A DNA stretch of 64,000 nucleotides from Oscillospiraceae bacterium (GTDB taxonomy: Bacteria > Bacillota > Clostridia > Oscillospirales > CAG-272): assembly GCA_015065385.1 (NCBI GenBank), contig SVQK01000128.1, positions 188-64,187 on the forward strand. Direction: 5' to 3'. The stretch's first letter is position 1. Each line of letters opens with the position of its first letter. Below, piece by piece: positions 34,904 to 45,747 of the stretch. The notes under the pieces were generated by a model, which was not told where the DNA came from, did no database searches, and saw only the letters and a list, made by a program, of their open reading frames with translations. The position numbers were made by a program, and so were the translations under genes.

Positions 34904-35853
34904 GATTCCTCCAGCACAAAGAGCTTTTCCAGCCGGATCACCGGGATCCCTTCCCCTCCGTCCCCCGGTTCCGCAGGTTTGACCTCCGCGCGTCCCAGGG
35001 CAAAGAACGCCCCGCCGCGTCTCAGCCGGATCAGGGTCCCCGCCGGATAATCCGTCCGGATCTTTTTCTGATACAGATCGCTGCCGCAGCGGATCAGACG
35101 GGCGTGAAACTCGTCCAGCTCCAGCGCGGGCAGCTCTTCAAACAGCGATTCGACAGGCCGCAGGACGCGGAGCCGCTCCGCCTCGGTCATGCTTTCCAAC
35201 TCTTCGATCGTGACGGCCTCGTCCAGCGTGAAGCGTCCCGTGCGGGTCCGGGTGAGCGCCGCCATGACCGCCCCGCATCCGAGTTCCCGCCCGATATCGG
35301 CGCAGAGGGTCCGGATGTAGGTTCCCTTCGAGCAGGACACGTCGAGCGCGTACCGGTCCGCTGAGAGCTTTTCCGCCCCGATCGAATAGATCTCGATCTC
35401 CCGGGGCGCGCGTTCCACTTCCCCGCCTGCCCTTGCGATATCCACGAGCTTTTTCCCGCCCACCTTGAGCGCGGAGTACATCGGCGGGACCTGCTCGATC
35501 GTCCCGACAAACCGGGAGATGGCGGCGCGGACGGTCTCCTCGTCCGGGATCAGCGCGGGATCGGCGCGGGTCAGGATCTCTCCGGTCACGTCCTCCGTGT
35601 CGGTCGTCATCCCGAGGAGCATTTCGCACCGGTAGGACTTGTCGTGCCGGATGATGTAGTCCGCCGCCTTGGCCGCGCGCCCGATCAGAACCGGCAAGAC
35701 GCCCGTTGCGATGGGATCCAGCGTCCCCGCGTGACCGATGCGCTGCGTGTCGTACAGTCTCCGACAGGCGGATATGATCCGGTGGGACGTGACGCCGCCG
35801 TGCTTGTTGACGATCAGCACGCCCGATACGGTATCCGGTTTTCTCTTGCTCAT
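34900..35853 (-). CDS. truB: tRNA pseudouridine(55) synthase
   Basis: Start refined to MSKRKPDTVSGVLIVNKHGGVTSH. It has the GHAGTLDP catalytic motif and a PUA-like C-terminus. Confidence 0.9.
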   Translation of the reverse strand: MSKRKPDTVSGVLIVNKHGGVTSHRIISACRRLYDTQRIGHAGTLDPIATGVLPVLIGRAAKAADYIIRHDKSYRCEMLLGMTTDTEDVTGEILTRADPALIPDEETVRAAISRFVGTIEQVPPMYSALKVGGKKLVDIARAGGEVERAPREIEIYSIGAEKLSADRYALDVSCSKGTYIRTLCADIGRELGCGAVMAALTRTRTGRFTLDEAVTIEELESMTEAERLRVLRPVESLFEELPALELDEFHARLIRCGSDLYQKKIRTDYPAGTLIRLRRGGAFFALGRAEVKPAEPGDGGEGIPVIRLEKLFVLEES

Positions 35854-35894
35854 GCGCTCCCTCCGGCTTCTCCGCGGTACGGAGTGTTGGTAGC

Positions 35895-35923
35895 ATTGTA
35901 CCATAAACCGGAGAAAAATGCAA
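35895..35923 (-). promoter_or_regulatory. Promoter of truB
   Basis: The minus strand reads TTGCAT, a 17-nt spacer, then TACAAT. Confidence 0.55.
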
Positions 35924-35970
35924 GTGGGAACGCAATCTCCGCATCCGCGCCGGAAATTGCAGAAATGTCC

Positions 35971-35999
35971 TTGCATTATTCCCGTCCGGATGGTATAAT
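35971..35999 (+). promoter_or_regulatory. Promoter of the capA-like/rbfA operon
   Basis: TTGCAT, a 17-nt spacer, then TATAAT. Confidence 0.6.
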
Positions 36000-36050
36000 A
36001 TAATTGTAGACCTGTCCGCGGTCCTCTGCGGCAGGACAGGAGGATCAGAC

Positions 36051-37544
36051 GTGACCAACCGAATCCCGATTAAACTGAAAAAAACAGCCGTCCTGCTGCT
36101 GGCCGCGGGTCTCTTCTCGTCCTGCGCCCTGCCTGGGATCCAGCTACGCGAAGCGAGTCCCCGCATAGAAGCGAGTCCCTTTATAGATGAATCTCCGGCC
36201 GGCGGAACGGTCTCCCGGAACGAACGCGATCCCGCGCCCCTTCCGGATACGCCGCGGACGCCGGACGATCCCGCCCCCGAACCCGTCGCGGAACCGGAAC
36301 CCGTTCCCGAACCGACGCCGGAGACGGAACCCGAGACGGAGGCGGAACCGATCCCCGCGCCGGTCACGGAACCGGAGACGGAGGCCGCGGTCCCGGCTGC
36401 CGCTCTTCCCCCGGATCCGCCCATGCCCGAACCGGAACCCGAACCTGTGCCGGAGCCCGAGCCCGAACCTGTGCCGGAACCCGAGCCGCCGCGGAAGTTC
36501 TTTTCCGACGTCAGCGTGTCCTTCCTCGCCATGGGGGACAACCTGATCCACGAGAACATCCACATGGACGCGTCCTATCGCGGCACGGCGGATAAGGCCT
36601 ACGACTTTCTCCCGATGTATCAGGACGTCGCCGGAGCCATCGCGTCCGCGGACGTGGCGTTCATCAATCAGGAGACCGTGATGGCCGGAGCCGAATGGGG
36701 CTACACGGGCTGGCCCTGCTTCAACTGCCCGCAGCAGCTGGGGCGCGACATGACGTCTCTCGGCATCGACGTCGTCAACCTCGCCAACAATCACATGCTG
36801 GACAAGACCGCGGACGGGCTTTCGTCCACGATGGACTTCTGGGACACCCAGCCGGTTCTCACCGTCGGCGCGTACCGGGACGAGGAGGACGCCGCGCGGA
36901 TCCGGACCATCGAGCGGGACGGCGTGGTGTTCGCATGGCTGGCATACACCCTTCACACAAACGGCATCGTCAAGCCCGCCTCCTCCCCGCTCGTGGTTCC
37001 GTATATCGACGACGAGCTCATTCTCTCCGATCTCGAGAGGGCGAAGGAGGCCGGCGACTTTGTCATCGTGTCGATCCACTGGGGAGACGAAAACACCCAG
37101 ACGCCGAACGACGAGCAATACCGGCTGGCGCGGCTGATCGCGGACAACGGGGCGGACGTGATCCTCGGCCACCACTCCCACACCCTCCAGCCCATCGAGT
37201 GGCTCGAGACCGACCGGGGGCGCACCCTCTGCGTCTATTCCCTCGGCAACTTCGTCTCCGGCATGTCGCGGCCCGTGAATATGGTGGGCGGTCTCTTCCG
37301 CTTCAACGTCGTCTCGGACGCGGACGGGCGGCTGATCCCCGCGGATCCCGTCCTCGAGCCCACCGTCTTCTATTACGGCATGGACTGGTTCAATACGCAC
37401 GTCTATATGCTGTACAACTATACTCCCGAAATCGCGGCAACCCACGGTCTCGCCATCTCCGGCTATACCCTCACCCCGGACGCCGCGCGCCAGTACGTCA
37501 CGAACGCCGTCGATCCGGAATTCCTCCCGGACTGGATGAAGTGA
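36051..37544 (+). CDS. CapA family (metallophosphatase-fold) lipoprotein with a Pro/Glu-rich linker
   Basis: GTG start after AGGAGG, and a lipobox LFSSC. The linker is [22 protein letters not shown]. Motifs [37 protein letters not shown]. Confidence 0.8.
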   Translation: MTNRIPIKLKKTAVLLLAAGLFSSCALPGIQLREASPRIEASPFIDESPAGGTVSRNERDPAPLPDTPRTPDDPAPEPVAEPEPVPEPTPETEPETEAEPIPAPVTEPETEAAVPAAALPPDPPMPEPEPEPVPEPEPEPVPEPEPPRKFFSDVSVSFLAMGDNLIHENIHMDASYRGTADKAYDFLPMYQDVAGAIASADVAFINQETVMAGAEWGYTGWPCFNCPQQLGRDMTSLGIDVVNLANNHMLDKTADGLSSTMDFWDTQPVLTVGAYRDEEDAARIRTIERDGVVFAWLAYTLHTNGIVKPASSPLVVPYIDDELILSDLERAKEAGDFVIVSIHWGDENTQTPNDEQYRLARLIADNGADVILGHHSHTLQPIEWLETDRGRTLCVYSLGNFVSGMSRPVNMVGGLFRFNVVSDADGRLIPADPVLEPTVFYYGMDWFNTHVYMLYNYTPEIAATHGLAISGYTLTPDAARQYVTNAVDPEFLPDWMK

Positions 37545-37582
37545 CCGGCGGGAATCAAACGAACACGAAAGGAACCACCTCC

Positions 37583-37993
37583 ATGGCTAAATACCGCAAA
37601 TCCCGCGTGGACACGGCGTTCGCCGAGGCCTGCTCCGGCATTGTCCGCGACATCAAGGACCCCCGGGTCGCAGGCGTGATGATCTCCATCCTCGACGCGG
37701 ACGTGTCCGCCGATTTCAAATTCGCAAAAGTCTATTATTCCGTCTACGGCGAGCACGACCCGAAGGAACTGGCAAAGGGCCTGAAATCCGCCGTTCCCTA
37801 CGTCCGCTCCCGCATCGCCGAAGAACTGAATCTGCGGATCAACCCGGACATTCAGTTCATCCGGGACGACGGGATCCGCCGGGGCGCCGAGATCTCCGCC
37901 TTGCTGAAGAAGATCGAGCCGGAGCTGGCCGCAGCCGACGCGCGTGACGCCGCCGAAAAAGCCGCGGAGGACGGGGGAGAGGACGATGCCTGA
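37583..37993 (+). CDS. rbfA: Ribosome-binding factor A
   Basis: MAKYRKSRVDTAFAEACSGIVRD...KFAKVYYSVYG...IQFIRDD. It has an acidic C-terminal tail. Confidence 0.85.
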   Translation: MAKYRKSRVDTAFAEACSGIVRDIKDPRVAGVMISILDADVSADFKFAKVYYSVYGEHDPKELAKGLKSAVPYVRSRIAEELNLRINPDIQFIRDDGIRRGAEISALLKKIEPELAAADARDAAEKAAEDGGEDDA

Positions 37994-39011
37994 CTTCCCC
38001 GCCGTATCCGTCGAAGCGCTCGCCGACGCCCTTCCCTCCTTCGGGCGGACGCTCATCCTCACCCATGTGAACCCGGACGCGGACTGCGTGGGTTCCGCGC
38101 TCGGTCTCGGCGAGATGCTCCGCGTGATGGGAAAGGAGACGAAAATCGTCTGTCCCACGCCGCTGCCCGCCTACGCCGCCTTCCTGCCCTCCCTCGCCGG
38201 ACGCGCGCCAGAAGAGCTGACGCCGGATCCGGAGGACGCGGACCGCTTTGACACCGTCGTGTCCGTGGACGTGGCCTCACCGGCTCAGCTCGGGGATCTT
38301 GCGGCCTATATCCCGCGGATCCGCTTCATGGTGGATCACCACGGAAAAGGCGTGCCCTTCGCCCCCTGCCTGATCGATCCGAACGCCGCCGCCGTCGGGG
38401 AGATCCTCGTTTCCCTGTACCGCATCCTGCGCGGGCGGGGGATCCTCCCCGAACTGCCCGACGCGGCCCGGTGCCTGTACTGCGCCGTCGTCGGAGACAC
38501 GGGGGGGTTCCAGTTCTCGAACACCACCCCCGCCACCCACCGCGCCGCCGCGGAGCTCCTTGACGTGATCGTCCGGGACGCCGACGCGGGCAAACCCGAT
38601 CCCGCCGAGCTGTGCCGCAGGCTGCTGACCGAGCGGACGCTCACCGACCTGAAAGCCCGCGCGCTGGCCGTGAAGAACCTGAAGCTCTGTCGCGGAGGCA
38701 GGCTCGCGGCGGTCCTCTTCACCACGGACATGCTTCGGAAAGAAGGACTGACGGAGGAGGATCTCGGCGGAGCGGTGGACATTCCCCGCAGCGTATCGGG
38801 ATCCGCCGTCGCGCTCACCCTGCGCCAGAATCCCGCCGATCCCCGTAAATTCCGCCTCTCCTCCCGCGCGAACGAGGACGTGGACTGCGCTTCGGTCTGC
38901 GCGTCCTTCGGCGGCGGAGGGCACAGGAGAGCGGCGGGCTGCACGATCGAAGCAGACACCCCCGAGGAAGCCTTCCGCATCGCCGTGGAAGCCTTCTCCG
39001 CCATCGTATGA
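37986..39011 (+). CDS. DHH/DHHA1 family phosphoesterase (NrnA-like)
   Basis: Start refined to MPDFPAVS, overlapping the rbfA stop. Motifs HVNPDADCVGS, DHHG, and a GGGH C-terminal motif. Confidence 0.8.
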   Translation: MPDFPAVSVEALADALPSFGRTLILTHVNPDADCVGSALGLGEMLRVMGKETKIVCPTPLPAYAAFLPSLAGRAPEELTPDPEDADRFDTVVSVDVASPAQLGDLAAYIPRIRFMVDHHGKGVPFAPCLIDPNAAAVGEILVSLYRILRGRGILPELPDAARCLYCAVVGDTGGFQFSNTTPATHRAAAELLDVIVRDADAGKPDPAELCRRLLTERTLTDLKARALAVKNLKLCRGGRLAAVLFTTDMLRKEGLTEEDLGGAVDIPRSVSGSAVALTLRQNPADPRKFRLSSRANEDVDCASVCASFGGGGHRRAAGCTIEADTPEEAFRIAVEAFSAIV

Positions 39012-39035
39012 CGGACTTAGTCCGAAAGAAAAGCC

Positions 39036-40163
39036 ATGATCAGAATACTGCACACAGCCGACATACATCTTGACAGCCCCTTTTCCGGGCTCGATCCGAG
39101 CGCGGCGGAGCTCCGGCGGAACGAACTGCGCCAGACCTTCATGTCCATGATGACCGCCGCCAAACGGGCCGACGCCGATCTCATCCTCATCGCGGGGGAT
39201 CTCTTTGACGGCGCGTCCGTGAGCCGGGACACCGTGCGGATGCTCTGCCGGGAGTTCGAGACCTTCGGGCGTCCGGTCTTCATCGCGCCCGGGAACCACG
39301 ATCCGGCCTCCCCGGGGAGCGTCTGGCAGCGGGTCACCTTCCCGGACAACGTCCACGTCTTCACCTCGGCCGAGCCGGAGGGCATCGATCTCTCGGACGA
39401 GGACGGGGAGGACACCGGCGTCACCATCTACGGATTCGCCTTCACCGGGCCGGATCTTGTGACGGTTCCCATCGCGGGCTGGACAGCGGACGAACCGGAG
39501 CGGATCAACCTGCTCCTCTGCCACTGCGACATGACGAACCCGAAGTCCTCCGACTGCCCCGTCACGCCCGCCCACCTCGCCGCCTTCGGAGCGGATTACG
39601 CCGCGCTCGGACACATCCACAATCCCCCGCCGCCCGGAGAGAACAACCGGTGGGCCTATCCCGGCTGTCCCGAACCGCGGGGCTTTGACGAAACGGGCCC
39701 GAAAGGCGCGATCTTCGCCGAAATCGAAAAGGAGGACGGCGTCTCGAAGGTCCGCCTGCGCAGGATCCGCTTCTCCCGCCGCCGGTACGAGAAGGACACG
39801 CTGGACTGCACCGGGTGCGACACGAACGACGACGTCCGGATCCGGATTCGGGAGAAGATCTCCGCGTCCGGATGGGGGGACGACACCCTCGCCGCGCTCC
39901 GCCTGACCGGATTCGTGTCCCCCTCCCTGCTTGTCGATACGGAAACCCTCGCCGCGGAGGACTGCGGTCTCTTCTCCCTCCGGCTGACGGACGACACCCG
40001 GCCGGACGCCCCGCCCGACGAGCTTGCCGCCGATCCCGGGCTGAGGGGAGCCGTCTGGCGGGAGCTGGAGCCCGAGCTGAAATCGGCCGATCCCCGCCGC
40101 CGTGAGGTCGCCGTCCGCGCTCTCCGGTACGCGCTCTCCGCAGTTGCCGGGGACAAAGTCTGA
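39036..40163 (+). CDS. SbcD/YhaO-like metallophosphoesterase (DNA repair exonuclease family)
   Basis: MIRILHTADIHLDSPF, then GDLFD, GNHD, GHIH. Confidence 0.8.
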   Translation: MIRILHTADIHLDSPFSGLDPSAAELRRNELRQTFMSMMTAAKRADADLILIAGDLFDGASVSRDTVRMLCREFETFGRPVFIAPGNHDPASPGSVWQRVTFPDNVHVFTSAEPEGIDLSDEDGEDTGVTIYGFAFTGPDLVTVPIAGWTADEPERINLLLCHCDMTNPKSSDCPVTPAHLAAFGADYAALGHIHNPPPPGENNRWAYPGCPEPRGFDETGPKGAIFAEIEKEDGVSKVRLRRIRFSRRRYEKDTLDCTGCDTNDDVRIRIREKISASGWGDDTLAALRLTGFVSPSLLVDTETLAAEDCGLFSLRLTDDTRPDAPPDELAADPGLRGAVWRELEPELKSADPRRREVAVRALRYALSAVAGDKV

Positions 40164-40186
40164 AACAAGATCGGAATGGTTGGATC

Positions 40187-42646
40187 ATGATCATCAGAAC
40201 CTTACACATAGACCGCTTCGGCGGACTGAGGGACAGAACGCTGAACCTGAACGCGGGCGTGAACGTCTTCTTCGGCCCCAACGAATCGGGAAAGAGCTCC
40301 GCGGCGGGATTCGTGAAATTCATGCTCTACGGGCTTCCCTCCCGCGAAAAGGCCGTCAACCCGGAGAAAAGCCGCGCGCTCGACCGCGAGACCGGATCCG
40401 CCTCGGGCTGGATGAAGATCCGCGCGGACGACGGCGCCGAATACCGTCTCGAACGGACCGCCTCCCCCGGCGATACGGGAGCCGTGAAGGACCGGGTCCG
40501 GATCGTGAACGAAAAGACGGGCGAGATCACAGAAGGGGTGAATCCCGGAGAATTCTTCTTCGGCGTCCCGGAGGAGGTCTACGCGTCCTCGGCCTTTGTC
40601 CGTCAGGGCGCGATCCGTCCGGGTACCCCCGATCATCCGTCTTCGGGCGGGATGCGCGGGGCCGTGGAAAACCTCCTGACCTCCGCGGACGAGGCGGTGG
40701 ATCTGAGGCGGGCGTCCGAATCGCTGGAGGAGCGGCGCAAATCCCTCTCCGGGAAGAACGGAGGAGGGGAGATCGCCGCCCTTGCGGAAAAACGCGCCGC
40801 GCTTCTGGCCGAACGGAACTCCACCGCCGCAAGAACCGCCGAAGCCCTGTCCCTTTCCGTCTCGCTCGACGATATCCGCCGCCGGATCGCGGAGCTCGAG
40901 GCAAACCGCGCGCGGTACGAGGGGATTTTCGATTCGCTCGAAAAGATCACCGTCAAGAGGCGCATCGACGCCGCGGACGAAACGGAAAGCCAGCTCAAAA
41001 AGGTGCGCGCCGCCCTCGCCGCTCTGAATCCGGGCGGGGACACCTTCTCCGCCGACGACAGCTTCGACGACCTTCTGAACGAGGCCGAGCGCGAGATTCG
41101 AACCTACGAGGAGGAGAGGATCGCCTTCCGGGAGCGGTTCCCGGGCGAGCGGGACTTCCCCTCGAAGCTGCGGCCCTATCCCTTCTCCTCGGACAATTCT
41201 TCGGACGAGGACGAGGCGACCCGCCTGATCCCGGATCTGCCCGAGGACGGCCCCATCCCCGCCGCGTCCCTGTCGGAGCTGACGGAGGACGGCATGGTGG
41301 AGCCCTACGAGGACACCGGCGCGCTCGCCATGGAAGGGGAGCTTGTGACGGACGGCGGGGACGACAGCCTTCCCGATCCCCACGAGGCGATCGAAACGGC
41401 GAAGCATCTCTCGAAGGTCACGAAATGGGAATTCTTCGCGGGCATCTTCTTCGCCTGCCTTGCGCTGCTCGGGCTTGGCCTGTCGATCGGGCTCTCGGGA
41501 ACGGATATCTCCCCGGTGCCCGCGCTGATCGCCACCCTCGTTCTCATGACGCTCTCCCTCACCACGGTCGTGGCCCATGTGCTGTCCTCCTCCCGCCTGA
41601 ACGCCCTGCTCGCGGAATGGAACGCCGAATCCGCGGACGAGATCGAAATCGCGGTGCAGGAGCATCTGATCGCCGTGGAGCGGAAGACTGCCGGTGAAAA
41701 GGAACGCAAACGCCTCTCCGCCTCCCTCGAATCCGCCCGCGTCAGACGAAACGCCGCCGCCGCCCGGATCAACGAGCTTGCCGACCGCGTGGGGATCTCT
41801 CCCCGTCAGGATATCCACGAGACGCTCCGCCTGCTCCGGAAGAAGACCAATTCCGAGGCATCCGACCGCCGCCAGCTGTCCGCCCGCCGCAGTCAGCTCG
41901 AAGGACGGCTCGAGGTGCTCAGAGAACAGCTCGGAGAGGTGGACGTTTCCGCCGCCGAGCTCGACGCCCACGCCGCGCTCGGAACGGTCTGGGGACGCGA
42001 GGCCGCCTCCCTCAACGGACAGCAGATCAAGGATCTCACCAGAGAGCGGGACTTCACGGAAAGCGCGCTCCGGTCCGCCGAACTGCGCCGCGCCTCCCTC
42101 GAGGAAAAGCTCGCCGAAATCGGAAAGATCACGCGCACCGCGGACGAGCTGGACACCATGATCGAAGCCGCGGACGAAAGGCTGGAAGAGCTGACCCTGC
42201 GGCGGGACGCGCTCGAGCTGGCCTCCTCCGCGCTGAAAAAGGCGGGAGAGAGCGTCCGTCAGGGGATCATCCCCCGCATCGCGCAAGCCGCCTCCAGACG
42301 GGTGAGCGAAGTCAGCGGGGACTGGGACCGGATGCTGCTCGACGACCGCCTCTCCTGCTCCCTCGCTTCGGACGACGCCGTTTTGCCCTCCGAGCTTCTG
42401 TCCCGCGGCACGGCCGATCTGTCCTTCCTCTCCCTCCGCCTCGCGCTGACCGGAGAGCTGTTCCGCGGTGAGCGTCCCCCGGTGATCCTCGACGAGAGCT
42501 TCGCCCACATGGACGCCGACCGAACCGCCCGTTTTCTCGCAACCCTGACGGAAAGCCCGGCCCCTGCCCAGACCCTTGTTTTCACCTGCCGTTCCGACGA
42601 AGCGGACGCCGCGCGGGAACTGGGCTGCCCGGTGATCGAACTCTGA
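40187..42646 (+). CDS. SbcC/YhaN-like AAA ATPase with a central pair of predicted TM helices
   Basis: Walker [12 protein letters not shown], long coiled-coil arms, and a C-terminal signature/Walker B region ([17 protein letters not shown]...PPVILDESF). The hydrophobic pair is at aa ~414-467. Confidence 0.75.
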   Translation: MIIRTLHIDRFGGLRDRTLNLNAGVNVFFGPNESGKSSAAGFVKFMLYGLPSREKAVNPEKSRALDRETGSASGWMKIRADDGAEYRLERTASPGDTGAVKDRVRIVNEKTGEITEGVNPGEFFFGVPEEVYASSAFVRQGAIRPGTPDHPSSGGMRGAVENLLTSADEAVDLRRASESLEERRKSLSGKNGGGEIAALAEKRAALLAERNSTAARTAEALSLSVSLDDIRRRIAELEANRARYEGIFDSLEKITVKRRIDAADETESQLKKVRAALAALNPGGDTFSADDSFDDLLNEAEREIRTYEEERIAFRERFPGERDFPSKLRPYPFSSDNSSDEDEATRLIPDLPEDGPIPAASLSELTEDGMVEPYEDTGALAMEGELVTDGGDDSLPDPHEAIETAKHLSKVTKWEFFAGIFFACLALLGLGLSIGLSGTDISPVPALIATLVLMTLSLTTVVAHVLSSSRLNALLAEWNAESADEIEIAVQEHLIAVERKTAGEKERKRLSASLESARVRRNAAAARINELADRVGISPRQDIHETLRLLRKKTNSEASDRRQLSARRSQLEGRLEVLREQLGEVDVSAAELDAHAALGTVWGREAASLNGQQIKDLTRERDFTESALRSAELRRASLEEKLAEIGKITRTADELDTMIEAADERLEELTLRRDALELASSALKKAGESVRQGIIPRIAQAASRRVSEVSGDWDRMLLDDRLSCSLASDDAVLPSELLSRGTADLSFLSLRLALTGELFRGERPPVILDESFAHMDADRTARFLATLTESPAPAQTLVFTCRSDEADAARELGCPVIEL

Positions 42647-42702
42647 CCGTCCCCCCGGCTCCCCGTCGGGCCGAATCCCACCACCTCTCAGGAGTGACGC
42701 AA

Positions 42703-44190
42703 ATGGAAAAACGCTACATTCTCGCGCTGGATCAGGGAACCACCTCCTCCCGGGCCATTCTGTTTGACCGGAATCAGCGGCTCGTCGGCTCCGTTTCCCG
42801 CGAATTTCCCCAGATCTACCCGAAGGAGGGATGGGTGGAGCACGATCCGGCGGATATCTGGTCGTCCCAGTACGGCTGCGCCACCGAAGTAATGGCCCGC
42901 TGCGACGTCTCTCCGGCTGAAATCGCCGCCGTCGGGATCACCAATCAGCGGGAGACCACCGTCGTATGGGAGCGCTCTACAGGCCGTCCCGTCTCGGGCG
43001 CCATCGTCTGGCAGTGCCGCAGGACCGCGCCCCTTGTGGAAGAGCTGACCGCGGACGGATGGGGCGAGATCATCCGGGACAGGACCGGACTTGTCCCCGA
43101 CGCCTATTTCTCTGCCACCAAGATCCGCTGGATCCTTGACAACGTCCCGGGAGCCCGGGAAAAGGCGGAGGCCGGCGAGCTCTGCTTCGGCACGGTGGAC
43201 AGCTGGCTGCTCTGGAAGCTGACCGAAGGGCGGGTTCACGCCACCGACCGCACCAACGCCTCCCGCACCATGCTCTACAACATCCGTGAAAACCGGTGGG
43301 ACGACGGGCTGCTCGCGCATTTCGGCGTTCCCCGCTCCATGCTCCCCGAGGTGAAGAGCTCGTCGGAGATTTACGGAACCACCGCGCTCTTCGGAGGGAA
43401 TACCCCGATCGCCGGGATCGCGGGGGATCAGCAGGCCGCGCTTTTCGGCCAGGGTTGTTTCCGCCCGGGAGACGCCAAGAACACCTACGGGACGGGCTGC
43501 TTTCTGCTCATGAACGTCGGCACCGAGCCGCGGATGAGCGAAAACGGACTGCTCTGCACCGTGGCGGCGACGGCGGCGAGCGAACCCGTGCAGTACGCGC
43601 TCGAAGGCTCGGTCTTCACCGGAGGGGCGGTCACTCAGTGGCTCCGGGACGAAATGCAGTTCTTCCACGACAGCGCGGATATCGAAGAAATGGCGAAGAG
43701 CGTTCCGGATTCCGGCGGCGTCTATCTCGTTCCCGCGTTTACCGGACTCGGCGCGCCGTGGTGGGATATGTACGCCCGCGGCACGATCACCGGCATTACC
43801 CGCGGAACGAAGCGCGCGCACATCGTCCGGGCCGCCGAGGAGTCCATCGCCTATCAGTCCGCCGATCTCATCGCGGCGATGGAGCGGGACATGGGTTCTC
43901 CGATCCGCGCGCTCCGGGTGGACGGCGGCGCGACGAGGGATTCCTTCCTCATGCAGTTTCAGGCGGACGTGATCGGCAAGCCCGTCCTCCGCCCCGCGAT
44001 CCGGGAGACGACAGCCCTCGGAGCGGCGTATCTGGCGGGACTGGCGACCGGCTTCTGGTCCTCCCGCGACGCCCTCACGGAAAACCGTCAGCCGGAGGAG
44101 GAATTCGTCCCGTCCATCACCCCGGAAAAGCGTTCCGCCCTGCTCGACGGCTGGCACGAGGCCGTGGGGATGGCGACGGCGCACAGATAA
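42703..44190 (+). CDS. glpK: Glycerol kinase
   Basis: [22 protein letters not shown]... with FGGY-family motifs throughout. ATG at 42703 has a GGAG RBS. The track ORF starts at an upstream GTG. Confidence 0.9.
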   Translation: MEKRYILALDQGTTSSRAILFDRNQRLVGSVSREFPQIYPKEGWVEHDPADIWSSQYGCATEVMARCDVSPAEIAAVGITNQRETTVVWERSTGRPVSGAIVWQCRRTAPLVEELTADGWGEIIRDRTGLVPDAYFSATKIRWILDNVPGAREKAEAGELCFGTVDSWLLWKLTEGRVHATDRTNASRTMLYNIRENRWDDGLLAHFGVPRSMLPEVKSSSEIYGTTALFGGNTPIAGIAGDQQAALFGQGCFRPGDAKNTYGTGCFLLMNVGTEPRMSENGLLCTVAATAASEPVQYALEGSVFTGGAVTQWLRDEMQFFHDSADIEEMAKSVPDSGGVYLVPAFTGLGAPWWDMYARGTITGITRGTKRAHIVRAAEESIAYQSADLIAAMERDMGSPIRALRVDGGATRDSFLMQFQADVIGKPVLRPAIRETTALGAAYLAGLATGFWSSRDALTENRQPEEEFVPSITPEKRSALLDGWHEAVGMATAHR

Positions 44191-44258
44191 CCGCACAGAA
44201 AAAACGAATCCGGCCTTTCCCTTTTCCGGGGCTGAGGTCGGATTTTTCGCCGCAATCG

Positions 44259-44795
44259 TCAGGTATCCAGCTCGTACACCGTCAGAACGTCCGTATCGGT
44301 ATCGTAGACAAACAGAGTGAAATTCAGCGAGGGACGGAGAAAGGCCCGGGTCTCCCCCTCCTGATCCCAGCTTTCGGACTGCCGGTCAAAGAAGCAGTAG
44401 TATCCTTCCGCAGGCCACTCGTCCGGAAGCAGTTCCAGCCCGCCGGTTCCTCCGATCCACTCGGACAGTTCCTCTCCAAAGGGGAGCGGCTTCCAGCGGG
44501 ACGCGGCCGGAAGGGCATAGGCTAACGCGCCCGTGTCCTCGCCCCCGTAACGAAAGCTGTCATACCGGTACCGGGTCAGCCGCTCCCCGTCGCCGAGAAA
44601 CCCGCCGTGGGTATCCTTGTCTTCGAGCATTCCGTGCAGACGGCGGGTATGGACCAACTCGACGCCGCATTCTTCGGACAGACGGTCAAGATGGTACGCC
44701 TCCGCCGCCGAACGGGTCAACGGGAAACCGACTTCGCATGAGACGAGAAGCCACAGCAGCAGGACGGCTGTCCCGGCTCTGAGGATGCCTTTCAC
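44259..44795 (-). CDS. Hypothetical lipoprotein
   Basis: GTG start overlapping the HTH gene stop (GTGA). Signal and lipobox VKGILRAGTAVLLLWLLVSCE. No recognisable family. Confidence 0.55.
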   Translation of the reverse strand: MKGILRAGTAVLLLWLLVSCEVGFPLTRSAAEAYHLDRLSEECGVELVHTRRLHGMLEDKDTHGGFLGDGERLTRYRYDSFRYGGEDTGALAYALPAASRWKPLPFGEELSEWIGGTGGLELLPDEWPAEGYYCFFDRQSESWDQEGETRAFLRPSLNFTLFVYDTDTDVLTVYELDT

Positions 44796-45001
44796 TCCTT
44801 CTCCTCCCGAAATTCGAGAATATCCCCCGGCTGGCACTCGAGGACCGCGCAGATCCGGTCCAGCGTCTCGAAGCGCACGGCCTTGGCGCGTCCGTTTTTC
44901 AAAATCGACAGATTGGCGATGGTGATGCCCACCTTCTCGGAGAGCTCCGTCAGGCTCATCTTCCGCTTGGCCAGCATAACATCCAGATTTACAATGATCA
45001 T
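44792..45001 (-). CDS. Small XRE-family HTH regulator (YozG-like)
   Basis: 69 aa: MIIVNLDVMLAKRKMSLTELSEKVGITIANLSILKNGRAKAVRFETLDRICAVLECQPGDILEF. Confidence 0.85.
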   Translation of the reverse strand: MIIVNLDVMLAKRKMSLTELSEKVGITIANLSILKNGRAKAVRFETLDRICAVLECQPGDILEFREEKE

Positions 45002-45009
45002 ATCGCACC

Positions 45010-45492
45010 TCACACCGTCAGATCGTTTTCTTCCCGGAGGACGGCGGCCTTGAGGATCAGGTGGGACAGGGCTCCCGCGCACACCGCGACGATGAGTCCC
45101 GCCGCCCCGACGAGGATCGCAAGGATCAGCCACGGTCCGGACATCGCGCTGAACGCGGAGGCGAAGACGATGATCCCGATCCAGAAATACGCCACGTCCG
45201 CGAGCGCGAGATAGGAGATGATCTTCATGCGCCGCGCGTTTTCCCTCGAGAAGGAGTTGTCCCGTCCGATTTCCGAGGCGATCTTCCACGAGAGAACGAA
45301 CGCCGCGAGGATCGGAAGGACGGTCAGCTCCACGAAGATCAAGCAGGGAAGATACAGGCCGGACAGCTCGGGCGCCGCCTCCTTCCACTCACCCGCGACG
45401 GCGGGAACGTACAGCCCGTACACGGCCGCGCAGCAGAGAAGAGCCAGCACGATCGCTGCTTTCAACAGGTTTGAAAAGGTTTTCTGTGTCAT
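45010..45492 (-). CDS. DUF2975-like 4-TM membrane protein
   Basis: 160 aa, four TM segments. It sits immediately upstream of a YozG-like HTH, a pairing recalled as conserved. RBS GAGAGGTG. Confidence 0.65.
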   Translation of the reverse strand: MTQKTFSNLLKAAIVLALLCCAAVYGLYVPAVAGEWKEAAPELSGLYLPCLIFVELTVLPILAAFVLSWKIASEIGRDNSFSRENARRMKIISYLALADVAYFWIGIIVFASAFSAMSGPWLILAILVGAAGLIVAVCAGALSHLILKAAVLREENDLTV

Positions 45493-45503
45493 AAGCGCAC
45501 CTC

Positions 45504-45632
45504 TCAGATGTCAGTGATTGAATATGGATCCCCTGCCGCGGACAGGTTCCGGATCCAGTGCCCCTATCATAGCACGAAGCAGAGCGTTTGTCAATATGTT
45601 TTTATCGTTTTTCGATAATTTTTCATCGATTT
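45504..45632. repeat. Copy 2 of the duplicated promoter/leader module (partner at 38-165)
   Basis: See 38-165. This copy contains the promoter and 5' UTR of the DUF2975 operon. Confidence 0.8.
45566..45594 (-). promoter_or_regulatory. Promoter of the DUF2975/HTH/lipoprotein operon
   Basis: The minus strand reads TTGACA, a 17-nt spacer, then TGcTATGAT. Confidence 0.65.
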
Positions 45633-45747
45633 TTTCAAAAGCGCTCCCACTCCCGCGCGTCGGGGACAATGGATGGGAGGGACATGCCCTTCATGCTGCC
45701 TGTCCGGTGTCTCTCCGGAAAGCGCAAAATTATTTCGGAGAAACCCC

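Noticed and set aside
36228-36491. Regularly spaced short repeats, considered as a possible CRISPR-like array. The same question applies to 47263-47526 and 28500-29050.
   Set aside because: The units are 6-15 nt codon-level repeats inside long ORFs encoding Pro/Glu or acidic linkers. There are no 25-40-nt repeats with unique spacers, and no cas genes.
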